Below, in pieces: positions 47,301 through 60,096 of a stretch of 64,000 nt of DNA. The DNA comes from Takakia lepidozioides (Eukaryota > Plantae > Bryophyta), in contig CM060732.1 of assembly GCA_030704615.1 (NCBI GenBank), positions 81,406,001 through 81,470,000 of the forward strand. The letters are read 5' to 3'. Position 1 is the first letter of the stretch, and every line of letters begins with the position of its first letter. Below the pieces are notes generated by a model. The model saw nothing but the letters and a program-made list of their open reading frames with translations, was not told the DNA's origin and searched no databases. The position numbers were made by a program, and so were the translations under genes.

Positions 47301-48459
47301 AGGTTCAAGGAGATGCTGACGACGTCAACGGTTCCTCAAGTCCCCTAAGGGAGCCCTCCGGATCAGCAGTAAGTCGGAGTATTGAAGAGGGTTCACGATG
47401 GTGCTCAAATTGAGGGTGGATCCTCGGTCAGACCCTTCTCCTCTCGGGAAGCGGGCGACACTCTTCTCCTCTCGGGTCCTCCTGGGTGTAAAGTCCAAGG
47501 TGCAGGTGAAGAACAGAAATATCCCGAAAACTTTAACGACCTTTCCCAACATTCCTCACCCTCCCTGTTCAGTACGCAGGGTCTGGTCTATCCAACCCGC
47601 AGGGCATACGTCGGGGACTTGGCTGCGGCTCCGCTGCACCTTCTTCCGTCTCTTCCTCGCATATCTCTCCAGCACAAGGGTTGGACAACCCAAATCCGCA
47701 GGAGTCAGGTGACTTAAACTGCAGTTCCGAGGTAAATTATTCCTTTATTGCGTTTCCATTCCATCCAGGATGTCGAGTGCTCAAGGGACAATTTTCTATG
47801 CTTGCATGTTATTGCCATCTACTCCCCCCGTCGTTCAATGGCAAAACATCTCCAACATCGACACAGCCTGACCCTGAACTGGTGGCACAATGTTCTGCAC
47901 CAAATATGCGAAAAAAAACCCCCGAGCCATTTCCTTCCTTTGCAGGAAATCTTTCCAACGGACAAAAGGCTAACAAGAAAAAAAGAGTGGACTCCAAACA
48001 CATGAGGACCCCCTCAGATATTGTGGCGCCTCGTCAATCCAAGCCCGCGGGAATCGGACATTGTTCCTCTGCGAGACCTTCAATGGAAAATTTCAAAACC
48101 ATTTCTCCACTTTCATTTGCAGTTTGTTTTGCGGTCCCAAACTAACTCCGTAATTTTTATACAAACGAATATGGAGCCGCAAAGCTTCTTGAATATGCCT
48201 CCCGACAAGGTGCGTCCACGAACCTCCACTTGACAGCCGACGTTCATATTTTCATGATCTCCAACTGTTCGATATATCGTCTACTCTTGGTCCTTTACAG
48301 TAGTCCATTGTCTGGACACTTATGTCTCGGCAAATGTAGAGATCACTCTGAAACTAATAAACACTACATCGGGTTGTTTCTGATGGCGAGAACACTTTAA
48401 ATTTATTTCCTTAAATTGCGCATGATGGCATCGTCCATCAACCTTCATCTGCAACATGG

Positions 48460-49170
48460 GGGAAGAGGAAACGGATGTTGTTAATATTGAGTGTCAACGG
48501 ACTCCTCTGCTATCGGCCACCTCCAACCGGCGTTGAATTGTTTAAGGAGAGATTTCGTTTCAGGAAAGTTACAGTTCATGTTCCCGACAGACCTTTTGTG
48601 GTTCCCCGGCCCGGAGTCTTGAAGTTTCTCAACCTTCCGTTGATGCATTTTCACGTGGCGATTTGGTCATGTGCTGAAAGAGATGTTCTTTGTAGGATGC
48701 TCGAGTGCTTAGTTCCCACGAAAATTGTAAAGAAGTTTTGTTTCATCTGGTCAGCTGAGGATTGCAAAGACACTACCGGTTACATCATGCCTGGGATAAA
48801 ATATATCGTTAAGGATATTCCACTGTTCTTGCCAAGTACCCTGGTACACCCTTTGCAACGCAGAGACAAATACTCTTTGTCGATGATGAGCCATCAAATG
48901 CCCTCCAAAACCCACCAAATACTGGATTATTCCATATTTTATACAAGCCATCACCAAAGGGCTTGGTTGACCAGGATGATATGACAAAAGTTGTGTGGCC
49001 ATATATATTGAAAATGGCTGCAGCTTCAACAGTCGTAGATTACATCAGCGATAACCTTGCCAAGTGTTCTCATAAGCCTATTGGTCGCGACCACGCCTAT
49101 TGGGCTTGGTATGAAAGATATGTTGATCCTCGTGTTTGGATCCCACAACAAAAGGAACCTGATTACCTTG
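48460..49170 (+). pseudogene. FCP1/NIF-homology (HAD-like phosphatase) gene, frameshifted
   Basis: KRKRMLLILSVNGLL..PRPGVLKFL..FHVAIWS..FIWSAEDC, then after a frameshift at ~48815-48830 ILFVDDEPSNALQNPPNTGLF..VWPYILKMAAASTVVDYI..WAWY. This is the pattern of plant FCP1-homology proteins. The first motif Asp is replaced by Ser. Confidence 0.78.
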
Positions 49171-51412
49171 GTATGTACTTATCCCACTGTTTGTTGTTTA
49201 TGGAGAATTTGATCTTGAAAATGTCTTCCACTTGCACTTTTACCTTATCATTTTTTCTACAAATCTTCCACATTTCAGCTGATATTTGTCATATGAAAAA
49301 TTGTTTTGCCCGGTCACATTCAAGGAGCGAATTCGAAAAGAAGAAGAAGAGCTTCGTGATTGGCAAGAATGGCAGGCTTCCCGGCAGGCTTCAAGGGCAA
49401 CAAGAGATTCAACAAATAGAGTTCCAAGTAACATTTCAGATGATAATATTACTACTAGGTTCGAGTTCTATGAAAATATTTCCGTTTCCTCTGGTGTAGA
49501 GACCGTTGCAAGTGGTTGTGGTAACCGGAGGCGTCTTCGAACACATGCCTTGACTGCGAGCCGTTTGGGAGGAGCCTCTATAATATTAATGGGTTAGTGT
49601 AAGCCGTTGTATGGCTTCGAGCCGATGGATAACATTAAGTCCAACGGATGTGAACTACATTATGACTGACTACAACGCCAAAGTTGCAATCTCTAATAAA
49701 ATGTGAATGTTTATGATCAATGTATACAGACTCATTCTTTCATGTCATCCTCTTCATCACATGCCATGATTGTTCTATGTTTGGTTTCACAAGCACTTGC
49801 CTTTCAGAAAACTTCACTACTTCATTCAAAGATGGGCGCATTGAAAAAATGGTCGTGTGTGTCATCTGATATGACAACCATTTTGTGCAAAAAGTTTTAC
49901 ATATCTGACCTCACATCATGGTGTAATTTATTGCATCCTCCCATTTTTTTCGTGAACGTCAACTTGGTAGTGGATGTTCTTCTAAAACCACAATACATAC
50001 TTATATTGTCTCCAAAAAATGTTTGGAGGATTATTGTATTATTTCTGGACCAAACAAAAGTCCAGAATTAGTTAAAATAGTGTTATTATGCTTGGTTTGA
50101 AATACACTCAATGAAACTATAGGTAACCTTGTTTCAGTCAATTAGTTTTTCTCTCCAATCATTTTTCTTTGAAGTTGCAATAGTTATATACGGAACAATG
50201 TTATTTTACAGTAGTAACATGGAGATGTTCACCTTCCAAAGAAAAACAATAATCCTTTGGGATGAAGTGATACCATAATTTGTCATTGCTTCGACCAGAG
50301 TCCTACTTCCTTTGTACTAGTAACATGTAAGTGCTATTATGTGAAATAAAGATAAAGATAAAGATTATTTAGGCTTTACAATTTTTGAAGCAATGCCGAT
50401 AATGAATAGGTTGCTAATGTTTTGTTAAGGTAGAGAGAAAAAATATTTAAAATATGTAAATGTATCATCTTAAAATGGGTGGTGAGATATAGAAGGAATG
50501 GAAAATTATTAGAGCAATTTACATGAGGGAGTTCTCTAATAGCCTGTTTTTGACAATACATACATGATAGTAATTTGAAATTTAACACATATACAATACT
50601 TTTTATTTACAAAAATTACGTTACATGGTTTTAAATACCCCATGTTTGCACGTAGTAGCGGATATTTACAAAGAGGGACCCCCCAAACAGACTGGTAGAA
50701 GATTTGGACTTTTATGTTGGGCTTTTCTTGTTGGAGCGTCATCTTGCTGATCTTGCAAGGCTGGGCCCACTTCGAACATCATGCCATGAATGCCATTCAT
50801 GCCCCAATTGAATAATTTGTAGGGTGGCCATTGGGTATGTATAAATTATCTAGAGAACATAACTTAGATTCCTTTGGAATATGAGACTTGATCAAATCAG
50901 GGAGCATATCGAAAAAACGAGTTCTATATGGAAGTTTGACTTGTGCTTTAGTGGCAAACATCATGACTCATGCCATGTGCAGATGAATTGCTTGTAAGGT
51001 GGGGGCTAGGTATACTTGAATTATCTAGAGAATATATCTTATGGTCCAATGCGATCAGAAGATCAGAGAGCATACCGAAAAAGTGAGTCCGAAGTTTGAA
51101 TATTCATCTCTTGTGCTTGGATGTCAAACATCATGATTCATGTCCATGTTGTACTTAAACTTTTGGCAGCGGCCAAGAATCTTTGATCCGACCGGATTTA
51201 TCTACATAGGTTACTTATTACAACTCGTGCACTAGAGCTTTAAATACATGTCTCATTCTCACCCACTTCCTCGGTCTTGTTTATCGTCAGAAAGTTATGT
51301 TGTATATGTGACCCTGCTCAACATCTCTCTCTATTTCTTTCTTACAAGTTTTCGATCAACATCCTGGGTGCCTTTGCGTTCTTTACCACTGGTACCCGTC
51401 GTCTTAATCTCA

Positions 51413-54400
51413 ATGAATAGTGTTGGTCCAACTATGGAACACGAAATAAAATTCAAGTACAGAGAGCGTTCTATGTGTGTTAGACTTAGGATTGTTAGAG
51501 TTTTGCAGGTTGTACTGCTTCTCAGCGTGGTGAGACCAATAGTGGGAGAATTCCCTTGGTTCCACGGGCATACACCCGGCGTAAGAACGTATTTATGGGA
51601 GGTTAGTGCCATGGTCCCTTCCTCTCCCTTTCAGTTAGACGCGTAATAATATATGATTATACAACATATGATTATACACACAACCAGTTGGTTGGAATCT
51701 CTGATAGTGTTTGTACTGCACTGACTCGTCTAACTGGACAAATTAAGTTAGTTCTCTTGTGGTGACGGTGTGTTCGTGCATGGCAGATTCAATACACAAA
51801 TATAACAATGCTTTGCAATAGCTCAACAATTGTAACTGTGAATGGACTATTCCCAGGCCCGACAGTTGAGATCTTCGAGGGTGATAGAGTTTTGATTACA
51901 GTCACGAACAGGGTGGCATACAACATCAGTATCCACTGGTATGTACATGTATGTTGCATCAAAACTGATAAATTGATACGTTCCCATGAGACTAGCAAGG
52001 TTCGCGTTTTCACAGGTATTGTATATAAGCATAAATTATTTGAATTGGTACTCCACCACTATGTCTTCTTTGTTGGTTGGAAATAGCGTTGCAGTATCAT
52101 CACCTAAATTCTTAAAATCTTTGACGGGCAGTTCATGGCTGGTACATGAAGTCCAAGTCTAAAACAATACATATTACCATATCAATCTAAAAACTTCATG
52201 AAAACACAAGTCTGTAATCTGAACTTAATGTTGAGTCACACTAGGTAGCTCTACAAAGTTCTAATCCATGATAGAAGAAAATGTACCTAAGGCTTGCATG
52301 CGTACTAGAATTACATGGACTTGGTTCAATAATTGTGTAAATCATCTCATTGTTACTTATAACTCTATGTGCTTTCCTAACTCAGTTCAGGTATTCAAAC
52401 AAGCCAAATTCTCCACCTTCTAAGCATTACAAGCTAACAAAGCACATCTGGAGCTTTTTCCTAGCTATGGCACTTCATGAACTGAAAATTTGCAGAGTAA
52501 ACTTATAATTGACAGGCATGGAATAGAGCAACATCTATCAGCATGGGCGGATGGACCTTCTTATGTAACACAGTGCCCTATACAGCCAAACCACACCTAC
52601 ACCTACGACTTTACGGTTGTAGGACAAACGGGCACATTGTGGTGGCATGCACACATCTCTTGGATCCGAGCTACTGTGCATGGGGCTTTCATCATCCACC
52701 CAAGGCCTGGGAAGCTATTTCCTTCTATCTTCCCTCGGGAGAGAATCATCAAGGACATCAAAATCCTTCTTGGTGAGTTATCTTTCTTAATCTCACCACC
52801 AAGTACTTCAAATACTATTTGCAAGAAGGAGGATAACAATGTTTCAAAACGATGCACAGGAGAACAACAACTGCACATATATCTAGGTGATATATAGAGG
52901 AATGTTCAAAAATCAAAACTGTTACCTAGGGAGTCATGTAAGGCCGGTGTTTTAATAGTTTATTAATGTTCAGATATATATCTTTTGGATCAACAACGCA
53001 TTGATCCAAATTGTATTATTCCTCATGTACAAGTAGGACCGAAGATCTCGAGCCTTTTATATAAGGGACAAACATATGTAGTGTATCTCGGTCAGAGTTT
53101 TATCGTGCAAAACTATTGATTCAACTAAATATTCGATAGCTTGGGGTTGACTTGTACAATCAAATGCAACTACTAGGGCCGTGAGAATTTATAGATCATG
53201 CCGCAGTCGACGTGGATTCCAGACACGACTGATATATAATTTTGTCCAATCTTAGAAGCACTTGGATACGCTGTCATGAACATTCAATTGCAAATCTTTT
53301 GCGTAGCTGCTGGTGAGGGTCGTCAGGCCTCTAGAATTCAAGTAAATTGACAATTTGGCTTGATATGAATTCAGGGGATTTTTGGCTGGGCAATGTGGAG
53401 GACATTGAGAATTCTCTGCTTAGAACAGGCGCGGGGCCAGGTTTTCCCCAGGCATATCTCATGAATGGACAGCCTGGGGCATTATATCCATGCTCTACGA
53501 CAGGTGTGCTATTCTAGCTTGTTCATGTGTCTATGCAATGCTTGATGTAAACTCGCATGCACTCATCTAAAAAGGTATATAAGCTTTGTATATGCTATTC
53601 AAGAGGGTGCAAATTATGTATACTCATTTAGTGTCCGACATGTGAATTGACACTAAGGAGTAGTCTATACATCTGTTGGATGTGTTTAGGTATGTACACC
53701 CTCAATGTGACTTTTGGCGAAACATATCTACTTCGTCTCCTCAATGTGGCGCTGAACGTCGAGTTCTTTTTTTCGATTGCAAATCACACACTCACAGTGG
53801 TGGAAGTGGATGGTTGGTACGTCAAGCCATTCAATACATCAGTCGTATTTCTCACTCCAGGTCAAACGACAAATGTTCTCGTTACCGCTAACCGGCCCTC
53901 CAACTCCAGCTACTACATGGTTTCCTCAATCTACAATTCTAACCCATTTGTTCCATTCAACCCCATATCGGCATATGGTTTGCTCAATTACATTCAGGAG
54001 TCGGAATGCGAGGATGATGACGACTGCCCTCCTAATGAGTCCGGCAATGGCTCAAATAACTCTATACCACTCACACCTCTTGTGCCCGCTATTGATGATA
54101 CGAACTTGGTTACAAACTTCACTGAAAGCCTCAAAGGCCTTAGCTCTGAGACTGGCATAGTGCCCACGAGAGTGGATCGAAACATCTTCCTTGCTTTTGC
54201 ATTGAATTTGCTCCCATGCGGACCTCAAGGCAATTGTCAGGGTCTTTTTGGACAACGACAATCAGCCTCTATCAACAATATCTCCTTTGTTCTGCCAACA
54301 TCAACCTCTTTGCTTCAAGCCTACTACTACAATTCTAGTGGGGTATACACGACAGATTATCCAGAAACCCCCCCTGTGCCGTATGACTACACGGGGATCG

Positions 54401-54951
54401 GCCCTTTTGTGTTTCCAGATGCAAGTCAATCCACAAAAGTCATCGTCATCGAATATGGCTCTGTCGTGCAAATGGTATTGCAAGATACAAACATAATTGG
54501 TGTTGAAAACCACCCCATTCATCTCCATGGTTATAGTTTTTTTGTTGTAGGGGTGGGGTTTGGGAACTACAATGCCTCAACTGCGACATTGAACTTGGTG
54601 GATCCACCAAAGAAAAACACAGTTTCCATTCCAAGTGGAGGCTGGTCGGTCATCAGGTTCACTGCAGACAACCCAGGTATGGAACCCTTCGTGTGTTTAG
54701 AATGTCTCCCATATGTCTAGAACTATGATTTGCATTTTTTCACTAGTTATGCTTATAAATGAGGAACGAATTCTTGAAACTCAAACTTGTTCAGCTGAGA
54801 CTAACATGTACGCTCCGCAGGTGTTTGGTTTTTGCACTGTCATTTGGAGATTCATATGAGTTGGGGCATGAAGGTGGTGTTCATCGTGAAGAATGGTGTG
54901 GGTCCAAACCAAACACTTCCTGGTCCCCCGTCAGATTTACCGCAGTGTTAG
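51413..54951 (+). CDS. LAC: Laccase (multicopper oxidase), copy 2, 6 exons
   Basis: Exons 51413-51601, 51787-51938, 52516-52772, 53375-53503, 53690-54676, 54821-54951. All four copper motifs are intact and there are no stops. Confidence 0.95.
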
Positions 54952-55993
54952 TAACTAGCATCTCCTTAAAGCTCGACCATGACCATGAATCGAACCGGAT
55001 AAAATCCATATACAACCCAAAAACCCATTTCTAGGAAGAAATTATCGCCATTTTACCTCACGCAATTCCACGCGCGGCCTTGCTCTACATGCAACTTCAC
55101 ATGATTCATCGTCTTACGCAGTCTAGACAAGAGTATTTAGGTAGCACTTTAGAATAAAGCCTGCTTCAACTTGGCATTCATATCAGACATTCACACTCTG
55201 ATCATGAAAACATTGGAGAAAAACTGACCAATGTTCCTTCGTGGAATTGTTCATAAAAAATAAAGCACCTTCATCAAGGATCTTACTAGCAGATTTTGAG
55301 GCATGTGGAAGAATTGATCCAAGTGATTCTTAAAATTTCCAAACCTGCCTTATCATTGTTTGGGTTATTGAAGTTAAGTTAATTCGGGATTGCCCCTTTC
55401 CCCCACAAATAACAAATATAAAACAGGTCAATATGGATGGATGGATACGTAGGGATGAACAACTTGATGGTCCATTGGATGACGCTGAAGCATCCATCCA
55501 TGCGGCCATTCGATGGGAGCCAAGTGGCTGGGGACGTGGACGGCCCAACAAGTCATCTCGCGCAGTTTTTAAATGACGAGTTTCTTTTGTGACTTTAGTA
55601 TTTACTTATTAGTTGCATTTAATAGAATGGTCAAAGGAACCGTTGCTGATGAATGTAAAATGCCTCTAGATGATAAACTACGAATGGTCGTAACAGATGA
55701 GAGAAGATTTCGTTCAGCGATTTGAGTTCTGGCGTGGGTATCATCCCACTAGGTTGACAGTTTCATCCGAAGCCTAAAATCGTCTTGCACGTGTCGTGTG
55801 ACCTAACAACTGCTCGAAGCTTCTCAACGGGGTGCTGCTGTGGCGGCTTGGATCTTGCTGCGCAACAGACTCCACAGCGTGTGATCTGCTCTGAGGATGT
55901 GATGGGGAGAGTGTTGTGAACAATCACGCAGGGTTTGATTGATCAGCTTTGATCGATTGTTTTTCTGGCGAGAGAGACGGAGGGAGGAGCGAG

Positions 55994-57024
55994 ATGGTGT
56001 TGTGGGAGCTTACTCTGGCAACGGCGTATGTGCTTGGCTTGCCACGGACCTACAGGATCGCGCTGCGATTGCAGCGCAGGCTGATTGGTCCCAATCACCC
56101 TCGCATACGCGATTTTGCTTACAGGTCTGCTTCTGGACGCGCCCTCTCTCGTGTCTCTGCTACTCACCCTGGTCTTGATTGCAGTGAGGTGTTGGGCATG
56201 TGTCGATTCGACTAACGTTAGGGTTTCGGAGAATGTCAGTTCTCAGAGCTTCCATTCCTAGATACATTTGGATCCTGTTACACGTCGAAATTGCATATGG
56301 ATATTTATTTTTATTGTATGTCATCCTGTAGGGCTCAGGGGTGTAGTTGTGCAGGCTTTGGTAATCGGCCTTTTTCTTCCCCTGCATATGTTTTTCCCTG
56401 TCGTTACTGCGCAACTAATTTCGTCTCCTCTTGGGTGCCAGGCGAACCAAAGCAGCCTTCACTCTTGCATTGAATGTGCACAAGGAGATTCAGAGACGGG
56501 ACATTTCTGTTGGACGGAACATCGGGAACAGAATTTTGCGACTCCTGGACCGCATGCGACCACAAGCCAACATCCGCGGTTCGCCTCTCCTATTACCATG
56601 GAATGCAGTGTCGGAAGCACAATCGAGACCTCTTCTTGAAGCCAATAAGCAAGATTCTATCAAACGGCTCGTAGGTGGATCTCCAGGAAGGAATGAAGCT
56701 GTCGACCCTCCATACAAAGCCTGCGTGGGTGGACCATTCGGACTATCAATCAAGGGCCGGTTCAGCGACGGGTTAAGCAGGCTATCACCCAAGCCGAGTT
56801 TGCGATCTCTGCCGGTTATGGCTTTGGGGCTGTGTTGGCAGCCTGTGAGGAGAAATATGGAGTCTGGGCTTATGAGAGATGGTTCCTTGTCCCAGTTGAG
56901 GTTGCCGGATGTTGGAAAACATCCGGCTCCACACGTTGCATCCACTGCTGGTTTTGGACTCTCCAAGGCTGTTCTACGTGAAGATATTGCCGCTTGGATG
57001 CGGGGGCCACGCCCAACATCATGA
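55994..57024 (+). CDS. Conserved uncharacterised plant protein, 2 exons, 237 aa
   Basis: Exons 55994-56124 and 56442-57024 (phase 2). The N-terminus MVLWELTLATAYVLGLPRTYRIALRLQRRL..HKEIQRRDISVGRNIGN and the C-terminal VLREDIAAWM resemble a small angiosperm protein family I recall. Confidence 0.8.
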
Positions 57025-60000
57025 TGCAGATACAGGCGGGCGCTGAGAATGAGACTTGGCGTTGACTGAGGGATCATGATGTGATCAAAGTAGTTTGGCA
57101 CCATGTCAGTTGATCGTTTTGCGAAATTTTGCTCCGGTCGAGGCTTCAAAGGAGAGCTTGCAGCGCTAAGAGAGCTTGACAATGGTATGGAAACCCTTGT
57201 GCCGTCCGTCTGTGGCGGTATGGAGAAACACTTCTTCCAACTTTTACATTCAAGTTGAATCAAAGGCGAAAACATCCAGTACACGGTTTACTTTCACTTG
57301 TTAACAGGGCGAGAAAGAATATCTTCCTCAACCTGCAGGTGCTTCTCTGCTTCGTTGAACTTTACCTGCCATCGCAAATGAAGTGGTGGTGTTCGTAATG
57401 TCTTAGATGGTGCTTGGGTGGGCATCCCTTTCAGCCCTTACACACGGGATTTTGCACATATATACAATGAGAGGCATCTTGGGACCACTTTGTTGAACAC
57501 CCTATTTGAACAGGACATATGAATCAGAAAGTATACGTTTATATTCTTTCATTGACCATCTTATTGAGCCAACCAAATCTTCCAGGATGTCCAAAATTGA
57601 ACCTAGATTCATCTAATACTGCACCATGTTTTGCAGAGACGAGAGTCTCTCACGTAGACTGGAGCCACATTTTGGATTACAGAAGAAAAGTAGAAAGATT
57701 ACCCTCAGCCTACATACCTGGATTTGACATCGTGTAGTCCCTTATGAGTGTCCCAGTATCCAAGGACTAGGGAGAGGGTGGTTAACAAAAATGAATTCTT
57801 GATCACGGAGGTGGCTATGGTTTGTAGTATGGGGAGAAGCGGTTGTGGGATGATAAACACAAGGTATGTGTTACACGATTGTAGCACTATGTAGCAGCAA
57901 AGGAAGAGTCCTCACCATTGTTGATGAGAGGACATGGTACATGTGGTCGAATTGATGCTATCACTCAACGTCCAAAGGGCTAGAAATGATAGGATCTCTC
58001 GAAACATGGCCATTGGAGCTTATTTGTTCATAAAAGTAAAGTATGACTCGCTCCTGAAGGAAGCCTAAATTATGGTGTCTCTCGTCGCACATAACACGAG
58101 GTTCTAATATCTCATATCTGTCATAGGAGAGATGAAGAAGGTGAGGAAGGGTTAGGGTTTGCTCTCCTTTCTCGTCGACGAGAGACGATAACAGTTAGCG
58201 AATCGTCCTCAAGAATCATACTGAAATGTATATATGAATATACCTTCTTCGATGTCTTGACTGGACTATGATTTATCGCATTTAACTTGGCCTTCACACG
58301 GGTCCTCGAGGTTAATCTTTTTCCTCATTTTTCCATCCGTCTGGGTTTCATGTTTCATCCATTTTTCAACCAAAAAAAAAAAAACTCTTTCAGGCTTTGG
58401 ATTTTTGTTTTTTTTTAAATATAAAAAGAGCGAGGAGAAATGTACTGGTGGTAGCTTGGTAGGGTTGATAGATGAACAGGCTTCGTCATCCTTGGCAGAG
58501 CGCAAGATGAGTGGGATGAACGTGCCAGTCAAGAACCCGCGCAGCACGGGGCCGCCAACCGTAGACACAAATCCTGCAGCGACTTGGATCTTGGAAGAGA
58601 GAGGGAGAGATGGTTTTGATGGAGGCATCCACACTGCAGCAAAGCTCTAGCTATGGCGGTGAGTCTGCCCACCGGAGTGCTGCTTACCGTGCTTCTACTT
58701 GTAAGCTGTTTCATCTCCGCATGCTCCCAGCCTACGTTTCCAGCTAGAAAGCATATGTTGCAGCGCTCCAAATATTTCAGTCCACCTCCCAGGCAGCTAC
58801 TGGCCACGTATGGATGCCTCTGGGATCCTTCAATGTGTAGCCGCCAGCCCCTTGCGTCAATTGTCGCCGGGGCGGATTGCTGTGGCGGCTTCTGCACCAA
58901 TATGAAGCTGGATCAGCTCAACTGTGGTACATGTGGGCATGTTTGCTTCTTTGGGTCTACTTGCTGCAATTTTCGATGCATTGACACCTCTTCCGACTCT
59001 CTCAACTGTGGGAATTGCAATGTTTCATGTCCTAACGGTATAGCTTGCCACTATGGTACGTGCGGATATTGACAATTCAACTTAGAATATGTACCCGAGA
59101 TTGCGTTTTTGGACTCTCCTTGGAAGACTGTTCTGATCCGTGACTTCGATGCGGGGGGGGGGCACGCCAAGCATCATGATGCAGATACAGCAGGGCGCGG
59201 AGAATGAGACTTGGCTTTGACTGATCAGGAATCAGATATAATAAAAGCAGTTAATTCGGCACCATGTCAGTTGATCGTTTTTGGCAAAATTTTGATCTGG
59301 TCGGGGCTTCATGGAGCTTGCAGTGTTAAGATTTTGGCAAATGGTATGAAAACCCTTGTGCCATCCATCTGTTCCTTCATAGAGAAACAGTTCTTAAACC
59401 AACTTTTATGGTACATTCTGGAGTTGAATCAAAGGCGAAAATATCTAGTACACGGTTTAGTTTCACTTTGTTAACAGGACGAGACATAATATCTTCCTCA
59501 ACCTGCAGGTGTTTCTCTGCTTCGTTCAAGATTCCTGCCAACGCAAATAAAGTGGTGGGGGTTCAAAATATCTTAGATCATGGTGCTTGGGTGGGCATCC
59601 CTTTCAGCCCTTACACACGGGATTGTGCACATATATACAGAGAGGCATCTTGGGACCAAATTGTTGAACACCCTATATGCACTGTAGGACATATTTTTCA
59701 GATTCTATACGTTCACTCAAGTCTTAGTTCTTTCAATTGACCACTTCATTGCTCAAGCCAAACTAATGTTCCATGATGTCTAAAATTGAACCTAGATTCG
59801 TCTGATCAATATACTGCTTTGTACTGGTCAGAACAAAGCTTACCTTCAGCAGCCTACATACCTGGAGTTCCCAACGCCCTTACATGAGTATCGCAGTACC
59901 TAAGGACAAGGGAAGGTGGTTTTCATACAAAATTGTGAATTCATGATCACGTAGGTGGCTGTGGCTTGTAGTATGGGGAGAAGCGGTTGTGGGATCATGA

Positions 60001-60096
60001 TAAGCACAAGGGTATGTTTTGCACGATTGTAGCACTAGTTAGCAGCAAAGTAGGAATCCTCGTTGATGAGAGGACAGTGTAATGCACGTGGTCGAA
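56998..60096 (+). repeat. ~950-bp diverged direct repeat (56998-57951 and ~59148-60096) flanking the STIG1-like gene
   Basis: Colinear blocks, for example catcatgatgcagatacag, gggcatccctttcagcccttacacacgggatt and gtatggggagaagcggttgtgggat, occur in both copies. Confidence 0.9.
58653..59072 (+). CDS. STIG1-family (stigma-specific protein 1-like) secreted cysteine-rich peptide
   Basis: Intronless 139-aa ORF with a signal peptide and the pattern CC..C....D..NCG.CG..C.F...CC...C.....D..NCG.C...C.....C.YG.CGY. Confidence 0.93.
   Translation: MAVSLPTGVLLTVLLLVSCFISACSQPTFPARKHMLQRSKYFSPPPRQLLATYGCLWDPSMCSRQPLASIVAGADCCGGFCTNMKLDQLNCGTCGHVCFFGSTCCNFRCIDTSSDSLNCGNCNVSCPNGIACHYGTCGY

Larger units (their letters stand above)
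37652..50686. mobile_element. ~13-kb composite insertion (non-autonomous or degenerate TE, class undetermined)
   Basis: Absent from paralogous unit A, whose empty site is gcggactgg. The flanks are gtggattgg (37643-37651) and acagactgg (50687-50695), consistent with a decayed 9-bp TSD. No transposase was recognised and TIR similarity is weak. Confidence 0.7.
37267..55166 (+). repeat. Laccase tandem-duplication unit B (interrupted by the 13-kb insertion)
   Basis: 37267-37651 matches ~31649-32062, and 50696 onward resumes the match at ~32063. Confidence 0.88.

Noticed and set aside
56490-57284. 264-aa minus-strand ORF and similar antisense ORFs over real exons (for example 7923-8492 and 23146-23607)
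   Set aside because: These are shadow ORFs opposite better-supported coding exons.
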